Source: a bacterium
GTDB lineage: Bacteria > Hinthialibacterota > Hinthialibacteria > Hinthialibacterales > Hinthialibacteraceae
Direction: 5' to 3'
NCBI GenBank assembly: GCA_963663405.2
Contig: CAXXSM010000118.1
Coordinates: forward strand, 1 to 64,000
DNA: 64,000 bases
The first letter of the stretch is position 1. Each line of letters starts with the position of its first letter. Positions 41,105-52,550 of this stretch are shown here, in pieces. The notes beneath the pieces are model-generated. The model did not search any database, had not been told where the DNA came from, and saw only the letters and a list, made by a program, of their open reading frames with translations. The position numbers were made by a program, and so were the translations under genes.

Positions 41105-41406
41105 GGATATGCGATCTCCTTTAAACGGTAACCGTTTCGATTGTATTCAGTAAATTAACTCTCTCAATAACTCCAGAAAAACAACTATAATAATTAAAAC
41201 GTCAAACGGCGGAGAAGCAATACTAAAAGTGATAAATCAGTTTTAATTTTGTTTTCTAAACAACTTGAACGATTTAAAAAAAATGAATAGTCTTTCCAAT
41301 CCAGCCATCAATAGAAGTGTTGAATTATGAAAATAGATCAGCCGAATGACTTGGAATGATGAATGATTGGAAACCAGCGATACACATGGCGATGGAAAAA
41401 TAATCC

Positions 41407-44139
41407 ATGAAAAGAAAATCTGATTCAGACAACCAGAATCCAATTCCTCGTTCCTTGCGAAAACCACAATCGAAATCGGACGCCTTCAGTAAGAAATCCT
41501 CATTTGCTTCATCCAACCCCCTAAATCGCAAGGCGTCTGACACGCAGTCTCCGCTTCCACCTTGGAAAAAAGATACCGCAAAAATCAATCAAAACAATAG
41601 TTCATTTGGAAATGAGCTCCCTCCAATAGTCCATGACAAAGAGCCGCTGAATCAGAAATACAGCCAAGCGCGTGTATCGCGCCGGATAAAAAAAACTACA
41701 CGAAAAAGAAAACTCCGATGGCCATTTATTTTCGGTTTTTTATTCCTATTAATGGGCTCAATTGTGGGTGTCGCCGCTGGGATTTTAAATTTATATTTGG
41801 ATCAACTGCCGGCGATTCCTTATTTGGAAGATTACAATCCTTGGATGCCTTCCCGCGTTTTCTCCGGGGAGGGCCGCCGGGAGCTCATCGCCGATTTTTT
41901 CAGCGCGGAGCAAAACCGCAAGGTTGTCCCGATCACGGAAATGCCTAAGAATCTAATTAACGCGGTCATCGCTCTTGAAGACCGGTATTTCTATCAACAC
42001 AGCGGGATCAGCCCACGGGGTATCCTCCGGGCCGCTTTGATCAACTTCAACGCAGGACGTATTAAAGAGGGCGCCAGCACGCTAACCATTCAGTTGGCTG
42101 AAGATCTGATCCAAAATAACAAACTCCCATATGAATTGCCGAAAGCCGGGCTTCGATCGTACACGACAAAAGCTTCGGAAGCGATTCTGGCTTTACAGAT
42201 CGAAAAACGTTATACCAAAGAAGAAATTCTCGAAATCTATCTCAATCAGGTTCTGCTCGGAGGCAATCATTATGGTGTCGCGGTCGCTGCGGAAGCGTAT
42301 TTTGGGAAAGATGTCTCGGAATTAAGTCTCAAAGAATGCGCGTTGTTCGCGGGTATGCTCCGGGCGCCCAACCGTTATGCGCCCGCGCAAGACCTCGAAG
42401 CGGCGGAAAGACGAACGGAAGTGGTTTTGCGCGTCATGCTCCGTGAAAAATTCATCACGCAAGAGGAATACGATCAAGCCATATCGGAACCATTTCATTT
42501 ACGGACGAAAGCCACCCGCACCAAACAAATCGCGCTTTTCCCCTATTTCTCCTCCGCCATTCGCCGCCAGTTCATGGATGGGAAGATCAAAAACCAGGAA
42601 GGCCTTCCAATCCAACTGTATGGGAATGGAATCGATATTGAATCCACCGCGGACGTGGATCTTCAAACCATTGCTGAAAAATCTCTAAAAAAAGGGATCG
42701 AAGAACACGAGCATACACGCCGGTTCAAACATGGGCGCGACTGGGGACGTCCTGGATATCGAAGCCCCAATCAATCCGGCGCCAATCGTTTACAAGCCGG
42801 GGAATTTTATGACGCTCGAATTCTGGACGAATACGATCCACTTTCGGGATATCTGAGTGTCACACTGCCGAATGTCCGTGATGGGAAAGGCCCATTCCGG
42901 GTACCCGTCAATTCCGATACAACGTGGCTGGATAAATTTGATCTGTTACATCCTGATTACTACGTTTACGTACAAGCCATCCAACAGGGAGGCGGGATGG
43001 AACTGCGCTTAGCCAAAGACCAGCACGTGCAAGGCGCGCTTATTGCCGCGCAACCTTCAACAGGGCGGATTCTCGCTATGGTGGGAGGATACAATTTCTT
43101 TGATGAATTGAACGACGGAAAATTCAACCGTGCGACCCAAACCACGCAGGTCCAACCAGGCAGCGCATTCAAACCTCTCTTTTACTGCGCCGCCCTCTCT
43201 GATCCTTCCGGAAAATGGACTCCCGCTACCTTGATTCATGATGTTGAACATGAGTATTGGAAGGGTTGGACGCCCAAAAATTTTGAAGATCAGTTCTTTG
43301 GCTGGGTTCCCATACGGTTTGCGCTGGTCCACTCTCTGAACGCCGCCAGCGTATGGCTGCTTGATAATTATAAAGGCAGCCGTTCCAGTGGAATTCAAGA
43401 CCTACGTCGATTCTGCCGCGATACCTTTGATCTTGTCATTGAAGAATCAAACCTTTCTCTAGCGCTGGGCACATCCGGCGCGACACCGTTGGAGATCGCT
43501 CAGGCCTACGCCGTCTTGGCGAACGGAGGAAACTTTATCCGTCTGCATTCGATCGATAAAGTCTTTCAACGCAACGACAGCCACCGGAACTACCCGAACC
43601 TCCTCTATGAATTTAAACCTCCATCCAATCAGATCCAACGCATCTCTCCCGGCGCCGCCTACCTGATGACGTATCTCCTTCGCGCCGTCGTTGAAGAAGG
43701 AACCGGCGAGCCAGCCAAGGATCTGCCTTTTTATTGCGTCGGTAAAACTGGAACAACTGATAATTGCACTTACGCCTGGTTCGCCGGCTATACAAAAGAT
43801 CTTCTATGCATCGTCTATTTCGGTTTCGATAATCCCAACCGGTCACTTGGTTATAAAATGACGGGTTCAAAAGTCGCGTTGCCTGTTTGGATGAATTTCA
43901 TGAGCGGCGCGTATGAAATCCATCCTGAACTGTTTGGAGAGATTAGCAAACCGAACGATATCGTTTTTTGTGATATTTGTCCAAAATCCAACGCCCTTGC
44001 GCGACCCACTTGTCCCTCCCCCCGCAGTATCCCTTTCCTCAAGGGAACGGAACCAACCCATAAATGTACAAAACATGGGAAAGACACTCTGCAGCCATAC
44101 CGTTTGGAAGTAAATAAGTTAATATTGAGTAGTAATTAG
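41407..44139 (+). CDS. mrcA: class A penicillin-binding protein (PBP1A-like)
   Basis: GT51 motifs EDRYFYQHSG, GASTLTIQL, KEEILEIYLN; transpeptidase motifs QPGSAFKP, SLN, GKTGT. Confidence 0.9.
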   Translation: MKRKSDSDNQNPIPRSLRKPQSKSDAFSKKSSFASSNPLNRKASDTQSPLPPWKKDTAKINQNNSSFGNELPPIVHDKEPLNQKYSQARVSRRIKKTTRKRKLRWPFIFGFLFLLMGSIVGVAAGILNLYLDQLPAIPYLEDYNPWMPSRVFSGEGRRELIADFFSAEQNRKVVPITEMPKNLINAVIALEDRYFYQHSGISPRGILRAALINFNAGRIKEGASTLTIQLAEDLIQNNKLPYELPKAGLRSYTTKASEAILALQIEKRYTKEEILEIYLNQVLLGGNHYGVAVAAEAYFGKDVSELSLKECALFAGMLRAPNRYAPAQDLEAAERRTEVVLRVMLREKFITQEEYDQAISEPFHLRTKATRTKQIALFPYFSSAIRRQFMDGKIKNQEGLPIQLYGNGIDIESTADVDLQTIAEKSLKKGIEEHEHTRRFKHGRDWGRPGYRSPNQSGANRLQAGEFYDARILDEYDPLSGYLSVTLPNVRDGKGPFRVPVNSDTTWLDKFDLLHPDYYVYVQAIQQGGGMELRLAKDQHVQGALIAAQPSTGRILAMVGGYNFFDELNDGKFNRATQTTQVQPGSAFKPLFYCAALSDPSGKWTPATLIHDVEHEYWKGWTPKNFEDQFFGWVPIRFALVHSLNAASVWLLDNYKGSRSSGIQDLRRFCRDTFDLVIEESNLSLALGTSGATPLEIAQAYAVLANGGNFIRLHSIDKVFQRNDSHRNYPNLLYEFKPPSNQIQRISPGAAYLMTYLLRAVVEEGTGEPAKDLPFYCVGKTGTTDNCTYAWFAGYTKDLLCIVYFGFDNPNRSLGYKMTGSKVALPVWMNFMSGAYEIHPELFGEISKPNDIVFCDICPKSNALARPTCPSPRSIPFLKGTEPTHKCTKHGKDTLQPYRLEVNKLILSSN

Positions 44140-44391
44140 ACGGCCTTTGCTTTGACTCATCCAGCTAGTGAGTCCAATGAATATGAATCCTTTTATATAC
44201 TATCATAATTGAGATCACAACCTACAAATAAAAATAAGTCACGGAAGTGTTTACGAATGAGATAGTTTTGGGACTCATTTTCATATAAAAAAGACGGAAA
44301 ACCAACTACAATATTCAGCCTTGAAAGATTGCCAAGAAACAAATGTCCTCTTGAGACAAATAAAACTAGCCAAGGGGATTCAGCTTAGGAT

Positions 44392-45730
44392 TTGGTCACA
44401 AACACTGATCTGGAATTCAATATGGATAATTTTATTCCCTTCCGCGGAATTAGTTACAATTCAAAGAAAATCCCCTGTTTTTCGGAAGTGATATCCCCCC
44501 CTTACGATAAAATCTCTCCCGAAGAACGGAAAATCCTCTGGGAACGGAATGAATACAATATTATCAAGTTGATTCATCCACCGCCCAGCGGAAGCCAAAC
44601 CGATCTGATGACCCAATCAGCGGATGAAGAATCAAGCAGCTGGTACGACCAAGCGGCGGAGCGGCTCAATGCTTGGATACAAGCCGGTGTATTCTGCATT
44701 GATTCACCTCGCTTCTATCATTATCAGCAAACGTTTACACATGAAAATAGTACATATACACGACCGGGGATTTTTGGCGCTCTCCGGCTGCAAGAAGAAT
44801 CAGGCGTCTATGCGCACGAGCACACATTTGAAGGCCCGAAAGCGGACCGGCTGCGGTTGCTCCGCGCCACACAGACCAATCTCTCCCCCATTTTTCTTTT
44901 AGGCGATGGATCCTATTCCGATTGGGAAAACATTTTTAAATGGGGCCACCCAACCGTTAGTTGAATTCACCGATTTAAAAGGGCGGATTCATCGAATCAA
45001 TGCGATCGATTCCGAGATGGATCGTAAAACTGCTTCGGAGTTCCTAAGCGCTCGCACATTTGTCATTGCCGACGGTCACCACCGCTATGAAACCGCGCTT
45101 AACTACAAACAGGAAAAAGAGACAGAGACTGGTCTTGATCCAAAATCCCAAACCTGGGGATACGTTCTCGCTCTTGTTGTTCCCGTCGAATGTCCCGATT
45201 TACTTGTCCTGCCGACCCACCGGATTTTATCCGGTTTACCGGACGAGTGGCTTACCAAGTTAAACGCTGGAATCACGCCTTATTTTGATATTACGCCCAT
45301 TGAAAATCCCTGCGCGGAAACCGTTTGTCAGCATCTCCAAGAAAAGGAACAAACCCTCGCTGTTGTTACAAAAGAGAAATCGTTTTGTATGACGTTGAAA
45401 GATTCCCTGCCATCGGCGCTATCGGATGTTCCCTTGGCGTTGCGAAAACTGAATGTGACGATTCTTCACCGGTTCATTCTGGAACAGTGTTTACAAATCT
45501 CCCCGCAATCGATTCCGAATCATATACGATTTGTGCGTGGGGAAAGCGAAGCGATCTCGATGGTCCAAAAAGGTCCATCACAAGCGGCCTTTTTACTGAG
45601 CGCCCTCTCTCCACAAACCGTTTTCAAGGTTTCACTGGAAGGGCAACGAATGCCGCAGAAATCAACCGATTTTTATCCCAAAATACCAACTGGTTTACTC
45701 TTACGCTCGGTGGCGGATGAAAATGCATAG
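44392..45730 (+). CDS. DUF1015-family protein split by a +1 frameshift near 44940
   Basis: PFRG..SPPYD, HEHTF..KADRLRLL..TNLSPIF in ORF1; IADGHHRYETA, LPTHR, MPQKSTDFYPK in ORF2. Confidence 0.85.
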
Positions 45731-46517
45731 AACGTTTTTGATTCGTTTTTCGACGACTTTTTTGGTTTTGCTGCATTACGTTTGTATCAATCCTCAACCG
45801 GTTCTCTCTCATGCCCTGCATCCAGAGAGCATTGACCGGTACGCGGAAATCACGATTACGCCGAATCGGCTCGTATTGATCTATCAAGTGATTCTCGGCA
45901 TCAATCCGACGGAACGCGCATCAAAAGCCCTTGATCCGAACAATGATGGAACCATTACGGATGAAGAAAGAAACACTTACCTTCAACAAATATCTCAAGA
46001 ATACATTGAAGGGCAGAAAATTTACCTGGGCGATGTCGAATTGAAAATGACGTATCAAATTGGCGATGTCTATTCCGCTTATGGACATAATGGGATTCGA
46101 GTCATCCGGATCGACATTGGTTTCATATGTGACCTCCCATCCGATATCCCTAGAGAGACCCATCTCAAATTCTCTTATGAAGACCAGACGATGAAACAGC
46201 GGGTTGGATGGAAACAGATTCAATTATTCACCCGCAACGGCGTAAAATATGAAGGGCACATTCCATACACAGAATATAAACCATTCGACTACGAAATCCT
46301 CAACACAAAAGGCTTTTCTCCAGCCACGGATTCAATCACCGGTGAGATTCTCTTACCCGCAAACGAAAAAAATGGGGAAATAGCGCCCATTAAACTGCCT
46401 GAAAGAAGTATGGAAGCGGTTAAAGTGGAATCTTCATTGGATACGGTCATTCTGGTGGGAGTTTCTCTTTTACTTCTATTCTTTTTCATCGCCGTCGCGT
46501 TCCGCTTGCGCCGTTAA
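45717..46517 (+). CDS. hypothetical exported protein with a C-terminal membrane anchor and an EF-hand-like loop
   Basis: Signal-like N-terminus followed by HP, DPNNDGTITDEE motif, hydrophobic C-terminus ending in basic residues. Confidence 0.6.
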   Translation: MKMHRTFLIRFSTTFLVLLHYVCINPQPVLSHALHPESIDRYAEITITPNRLVLIYQVILGINPTERASKALDPNNDGTITDEERNTYLQQISQEYIEGQKIYLGDVELKMTYQIGDVYSAYGHNGIRVIRIDIGFICDLPSDIPRETHLKFSYEDQTMKQRVGWKQIQLFTRNGVKYEGHIPYTEYKPFDYEILNTKGFSPATDSITGEILLPANEKNGEIAPIKLPERSMEAVKVESSLDTVILVGVSLLLLFFFIAVAFRLRR

Positions 46518-47636
46518 AAGCGCTTTTCCATTCTCTATATCAAGAAGCCGCCGTTCGAACGCGCTGAAAACGATCAATCCCCATAATACCGCCGCGATAA
46601 ATACAAGAAAAAACAATAGCGAATATCGCCTAGGCAATTGATTCGCCAACGCCGCTGACATGGAGAGTAGAAAACATAATCCATAAACATATAACACCGC
46701 TTGACGATCTGAAAATCCCAATTTTAACAACCGGTGGTGAATATGTTCGCGGTCGGGAGAAAAGAATTTCCTCCCTTTTTGACCACGGCGGATAATGGCG
46801 AGAAGCGTATCTAATAAAGGAAGCGTAAGAATCACTAATGGAAGCGACAGCGACATCGCCGTCGCGCCTTTGACGTTACTGGCCAGCGAACTCCCCGCCA
46901 ATAAAGCTCCCAGGTACAGGCTCCCCGCGTCTCCCATAAAAATCCGGGCAGGAGAGAAATTATAAGGAAGAAATCCCAATGTGGCGCCCATCAGCGCCAG
47001 CGATATCACACAGACAAAGTTTTGCCAGGGGTGAAACGAGATTGTGAGATTCGCTAAAGCGGCGAAAAAAACCACTCCGGACGCAAGCCCATCCAATCCA
47101 TCAATAAAATTGATGGCGTTTACGATAATTAAAATCCAAAAAATCGAGAGAAACCAACCGGACCAACCCATCGAAACCGGTTCCCCAAAAGGAACCGTCA
47201 ACTGCGCAATCGAAAATCCCGCTCCCACCAGCACGACGCCTAGGATCGCCTGTATGATTAATTTCACTTGTGGTGAGATCGGTTTTGTATCATCACAAAT
47301 TCCTAAAATCATAAAACACGCTGAAATAACATATAGCGCGAGAAGCCGTCCGGAAAATTCGGAGATTTCAAACGTATACGAGAATAGATGAAACCGTTCA
47401 CCGGATGACTGCGCTTCAAGGATATGCGGCGCAAATACAAATAGATAGACCATCACTGCTGTCAAAGAGACGTGAAACGCTAGTCCACCCAGATACGGAA
47501 TCGCGCGCGCATGTGTTTTTCTTTCGTTTGGGTGATCCGTGATATCCAAATCCTTCGCCAACCGGCGAAAAACAGGTGTGCTTAGAAAGGCGGCGATCCA
47601 ACTAACGCCGAAGAGTATCCAATATTCGAGTGGCAT
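46476..47636 (-). CDS. undecaprenyl-phosphate N-acetylhexosamine-1-phosphate transferase (WecA/TagO, GT4)
   Basis: DHPNERKTH..IPYLGGL, GICDD, NAINFIDGLDGLA, PARIFMGDAGS, DREHIHHRL. Confidence 0.9.
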   Translation of the reverse strand: MPLEYWILFGVSWIAAFLSTPVFRRLAKDLDITDHPNERKTHARAIPYLGGLAFHVSLTAVMVYLFVFAPHILEAQSSGERFHLFSYTFEISEFSGRLLALYVISACFMILGICDDTKPISPQVKLIIQAILGVVLVGAGFSIAQLTVPFGEPVSMGWSGWFLSIFWILIIVNAINFIDGLDGLASGVVFFAALANLTISFHPWQNFVCVISLALMGATLGFLPYNFSPARIFMGDAGSLYLGALLAGSSLASNVKGATAMSLSLPLVILTLPLLDTLLAIIRRGQKGRKFFSPDREHIHHRLLKLGFSDRQAVLYVYGLCFLLSMSAALANQLPRRYSLLFFLVFIAAVLWGLIVFSAFERRLLDIENGKALLTAQAERDGDEKE

Positions 47637-47762
47637 CCTATTGCTCGATTCTGATTTTCATCCTACTATACAGTTACGATAAAACAGTGAAAAATGGTTG
47701 AGAGATGAAATATACATCTTAATCGTATTTGTTACACATCGATATCCCGGCATATTAGCCGT

Positions 47763-48989
47763 TTGAGTCAAGAATTCAATTTTTACCGTTTCATTTTTGA
47801 ATCATATAACCTTGGGAAGTTAATCGTGAAAAAAAGAACAGGATTTCTCTTATTTTTTATGCTGTTTATTTTCATTATATTTGTGACGGGCGCGTTCGTG
47901 GCTCTGTTCTTCTTCGCGCTCCAAGATCAATCCCCATTTTTGTTTGGAGAAAACCGCATTGCGCTCGTTCGGATCGAGGGAGTGATCTACGACGCCGTTA
48001 AATGGGTCGATCAAATTGAAGACTACCAAGATGATGATTCGATCAAAGCGATAGTGCTCCGGGTGGACAGCCCCGGCGGCGCAGTCACACCATCGCAGGA
48101 GATTTTTGAAGCCGTTCAAACCGCGCGTCAAGATTATCACAAAGTGGTTGTCGCTTCATTCGGATCGGTTGCGGCGTCCGGGGGGTATTACGCGGCCTGT
48201 AACGCCGATCGGATTGTCAGCGCGCCCGGCGCTCTGACGGGCAGTATCGGTGTTTATATCAAGTTCTTAATCGTCAAAGACTTATTCGAAAAAATCGGGA
48301 TCGATTATGAAACCATCAAAGGCGGGAAATTCAAGGATTTCGGTTCCATGGAACGCGGCTTGAGCGACGAAGAACGTGAGATGATGGAAGAAGTCACCGA
48401 TGACATCTATCTGCAATTCATTGAAGCGGTCGCGCAAGGCCGGCGGGAGAATATCACCAAACTCTTAATGGAGTGGGATGAATCCGATGCATCGGAAGAC
48501 TATCCCTTCTCCCCCGAAACGATGGCCGTCGTTCAAACCTATCGAAAACAGTACAAAGAAAAAAAGAAGGAATTAGAAGACTCTCGTCAAGAGGAAGAAA
48601 ATGAGACGGATGATTTCTGGTCCAAATTCCACTCACTCTTCCCCCCTGTTCAGTCAGCAGATAGTGACGATGGCGATAATCCTGAATCAGCAGAGGACAC
48701 ATTACCACCAGATTTTGAAACCATTCTCAATTTTGTGAAAACGATCGCGGAAGGAAAAGTCTACACAGGCCGTCAAGCCAAGAAAATCGCTCTTGTCGAC
48801 GAAATTGGCACATTGGACGACGCGATCAAACTCGCGGCTGCGCTGGTTGGAATCAAGGGAGATGTGACGCTGGTTGAAAAAGAGGCCAGCAGGCCGTTCG
48901 ATCTAATTGACCTGATTAGTGAAAAGGTCACCAATTTTGTCAATCCTCCCTATAGCGCGCCCATCCAATACCGTTTTCCTTTCAATTGA
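47763..48989 (+). CDS. sppA: signal peptide peptidase SppA (S49) with an acidic insertion; start may be the GTG at 47826
   Basis: LRVDSPGG, AASGGYY, TGSIGV, GKFKDFG, EGKVYTGRQA..LVDEIG. Confidence 0.88.
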   Translation: MSQEFNFYRFIFESYNLGKLIVKKRTGFLLFFMLFIFIIFVTGAFVALFFFALQDQSPFLFGENRIALVRIEGVIYDAVKWVDQIEDYQDDDSIKAIVLRVDSPGGAVTPSQEIFEAVQTARQDYHKVVVASFGSVAASGGYYAACNADRIVSAPGALTGSIGVYIKFLIVKDLFEKIGIDYETIKGGKFKDFGSMERGLSDEEREMMEEVTDDIYLQFIEAVAQGRRENITKLLMEWDESDASEDYPFSPETMAVVQTYRKQYKEKKKELEDSRQEEENETDDFWSKFHSLFPPVQSADSDDGDNPESAEDTLPPDFETILNFVKTIAEGKVYTGRQAKKIALVDEIGTLDDAIKLAAALVGIKGDVTLVEKEASRPFDLIDLISEKVTNFVNPPYSAPIQYRFPFN

Positions 48990-49010
48990 AGAATCTTTCC
49001 CGCCTTTCGA

Positions 49011-50111
49011 TCAACTATTCTTTTTTGAATTCAACCATACATCGATCGGCCTTTCATCGTTAGAATGATAGGGCAATTCAATCGCCTGGCCGGAGGCGGC
49101 GGACGCGTAAGCGGCGAAGACAATCTCCAACACGGCCCGGCCATCCTCACCGGTCACTTCTGGAGCCTGATCGAAACGGACACAATCGATAAAATGCTGC
49201 ATCTCTTGTGGAAATCCATAATTCCAAGCTTCTTCGTAAATCGTGAAACTCCACCCCTGAGTGCTTCCAGCTTTTTCTACCGCATACCCGTAACCAGCGT
49301 CACTGTAGGTCAGAATCGCGTTTCCCTGCAATAAATTTGCATAAGCCACGCCTTGAGAGCCATGAATTTCCGCCCGGTCGTCCATGCCCCCTTTTTTGAT
49401 CCAACTCTCCTCAGCCAGGGCGGTTACTCCGTTCTCAAATTTTAGAATGAAAAGTGTGTTGTCATCCCCCTGCGTTTTATCGCCATGCGCGTAGGTTCCC
49501 ATATCGGCATAGACGGATTTGATCTTCTTCTCGCGTCCGGCGATCCATCGAAAAAACTCAATCGCATGACACCCCATGTCCATCATCACTCCACCCCCGG
49601 ATCGTTTTACATCCCAAAAATGGATCGCGTGTGGACCATCATGCTTTTCCGATTGCTTAATGAGGATCAAATCCCCAAGCGCGCCTTCATTCAGCAGCTG
49701 TTTCAAACGGACATATTTCGGCGTAAAGCAGAGTTCCTCGGCGTACATTAGTTTAACATGGTTCCGTTTACCCGCTTCGATCATCTCATCAGCCTGCGCC
49801 AAGTTTATACAGAACGGTTTTTCGATAACAACATGTTTCCCGGCGTCCGCCGCGTCGCAGACCATCTGGCAATGGAGATCGTTGGGAGCGCCGACTATGA
49901 TTAAATCAATATCGTTGCGTTCCAGCATCGCCCGGTAATCGGTATATGCATGGGGAATCGAAAAATCGTCGGTGAATTTCTTTACATGATCTTCCATTGG
50001 CGAAGCGGCGGCGATCAATTCCGCCCCATTCACATGCCGTTTGATTGAGTCCGCGTGTATCGTAGCTATAAACTGCGTACCAATGATCCCCACTCGAACT
50101 GTATCCATCAC
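49011..50111 (-). CDS. Gfo/Idh/MocA-family oxidoreductase
   Basis: RVGIIG, PNDLH, GKHVVIEKP, GGGVMMDMGCH. Confidence 0.9.
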   Translation of the reverse strand: MMDTVRVGIIGTQFIATIHADSIKRHVNGAELIAAASPMEDHVKKFTDDFSIPHAYTDYRAMLERNDIDLIIVGAPNDLHCQMVCDAADAGKHVVIEKPFCINLAQADEMIEAGKRNHVKLMYAEELCFTPKYVRLKQLLNEGALGDLILIKQSEKHDGPHAIHFWDVKRSGGGVMMDMGCHAIEFFRWIAGREKKIKSVYADMGTYAHGDKTQGDDNTLFILKFENGVTALAEESWIKKGGMDDRAEIHGSQGVAYANLLQGNAILTYSDAGYGYAVEKAGSTQGWSFTIYEEAWNYGFPQEMQHFIDCVRFDQAPEVTGEDGRAVLEIVFAAYASAASGQAIELPYHSNDERPIDVWLNSKKNS

Positions 50112-50380
50112 AATTCTCCTCCATCGATTATGTTCTATTCTCCAGAATAACGTATTTCAACAAAATCATCATAATAACACAAGGTGGATACAAGTTTAAA
50201 ACATTGCTCTCTAATCATTAGAAAAATTACCGCAAAATAACGTAAATATCATTCCATCCAATACGTCAAACAGAGCAATTCGCAGTCATAATCTCTGAAA
50301 ACATCCCCCTTCCCTTCTCTTGCGGCTACAATGCGAAACGGGAAACGGTTTGGTTTCTATTGATCCATACGGACGTGGTT

Positions 50381-52001
50381 ATGAGAAAACGTGATTCACT
50401 CCTTCGTTCAACAACGCTGTTCAGCGCCGCCACACTGATCAGCCGCTTTTTAGGGCTGGCGCGGGATTCGTGCATCGCCGCATTTATCCCTTCGGCTTGG
50501 CAGGATATATTTTGGGCGGGGATCAAAATTCCCAGCACTTTCCGTCAGTTATTCGCGGAAGGCTCTCTTTCAGCGGCGTTTATTCCTTTACTGACACGAA
50601 TCCGGGAACGCGAGGGAGAGAACAAAGCGCGGGAGGTAAGCCATGCGGTCTTCAATCTGCTCTTGATCACGGTTTTCACGATCGTCGTTCTCTTTATTCT
50701 CTTTGCGCCCTGGATTGTCCCGTTTCTATTGGATTTTCCATCCGATTCCGTCACTGTTTGGACGCCGGTCGCGGCGAAGACCACGATCCCAACAACGATT
50801 GAACTGGGAACCAACTGGAGGGTAGACGCCGGGATCTGGGTCACGCAGCTGATGTTTCCTTTCCTTCTATTCGTCGCGGTTTCCGCTTGGGCCATGGGAG
50901 TGCTGAATACGAATGGTTATTTCTTTATCCCCGCGCTGGCGCCCGCTTTTTTCAATTTGATCCTAATTATCGGATGCGTAATCGGGTCTTTTTTATTCCA
51001 AGCACCAGATTTTATGGTTTTTCTCAGCGCCGCAGTATTGCTGGGAGGTTTCATGCAATTCGCCGTACAGATCCCCCAGGCCTGGAAAATCCGCTACCTC
51101 CCACCACGTCCCGTTTCCCCCTTTCATCCACAGGTAGGCGCCTTTCTCTTCCTGTTAGCGCCCAGTATTTTGGGATTGGCCGTCTATCAGATCAACGCCC
51201 TTATCTCGCAAACCTATTTCGCCTCCAAATTCGGGGGAAGGTGGGATCTCCATAATGACCTACGCGCACCGGCTGGTTCAGTTTCCCCTTGGCGTTGCCG
51301 GTGTTGCGCTCGCGACGGCGTCGTTTCCCCGCATCGCTGAACAATTCGAAAAGAAACAGGACCAGAAGGCGGCGCAGACATTTACAGCCGTGATAAAGTA
51401 TCTACTCCTTATCATGATTCCTTCCGCAGTGGGATTCCTCGTCTTGGGAGAGGACATTGTTGGCGCGATCTATGACCGGGGCTTCTTTCATGAGCGGGGC
51501 TGGTTGCGCCCCACATATCTCACGCTTAGTTTTTACTCCTTAGGTTTATTCGGCTATGCGATGGTCAAAGTGCTGGCGCGGGTATTTCAGGCGCAGCATG
51601 ATTTTTATACTCCAGTCAAAACAGGACTCATTGGCGTAGCGCTCAATATTCTTCTTTGTGTATTGTTTATCTGGCGCGAATGGCCACTCTGGACATTGGC
51701 GTTGGCGTCTTCCATCGCCAGTTCGGCCAACGCGGGATTGATGCTGATTATTCTTCGTTGGCGGATGCGTGATCTGCGTCTGTTTTCAACGTTTCGTTTC
51801 TCGGTTCGAGTTTTACTGGCTTCGGTGGGAATGGCGCTTACATGCGCGCTGTTTCTCGCATTCTGTCCCATTGAGGGTGGAACTCTGTTATACTATTCAA
51901 TCCGCGTCGCGCTTGGAATAGCCGTCAGCGCCGCCGCTTATGGGGCCTTTGGATATTGGCTTTTTTACGAAGAACTGATGCGTTTGATAAAACGGAAATA
52001 G
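50381..52001 (+). CDS. murJ: lipid II flippase MurJ; frameshift at the G5 run 51233-51237 (likely assembly error)
   Basis: TLISRFLGLARD, IPSTFRQLFAEGSLSAAFIP, APAFFN. Deleting one G gives FGEGGISIMTYAHRLVQFPLG and joins the two ORFs. Confidence 0.9.
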
Positions 52002-52550
52002 TGTAAAATTGTTACGGGTGGGACGTCCGTTCTCCATTCAAACTCAATTGATTACTCTATTAGGAATCAGGTAAATTGATGAGACGTTTTTTTGATTCTA
52101 TGATAAATATAAAGTAACAGAAAAAGTATTTATTCTCGTTCTCCAAACCACCTAATGAATAAATTATGATAAAATATGACTCCCGATTCCCGATTCAAGG
52201 AAAAATTGTAATAAAATGAAAACAAGATTTCATGATGAGATATATAATCATAACTATGATTCAGGAATCATAAAAAACCGGAGAATCACTCTATAGAAAT
52301 GTTTCATTTAGAAAACTTTTTTATTCTTAATTCATAAAACATATGAAGAAATTACAAATAACCTCAAAATAAACAAAGATTTATAAAATAAATAATAACT
52401 CGCGTTAAGTGTAGCCAATACATAATTTATTACGAATAAGTTACTAAGAAAGGGGGGTGATTCGTTCCTATACGTTGATCGGGTATCCGGACACCCGCGT
52501 GTGGGCGCCGACTCATTTAGGACACCTGATAGGGAAAGGCAAAGAAGACC

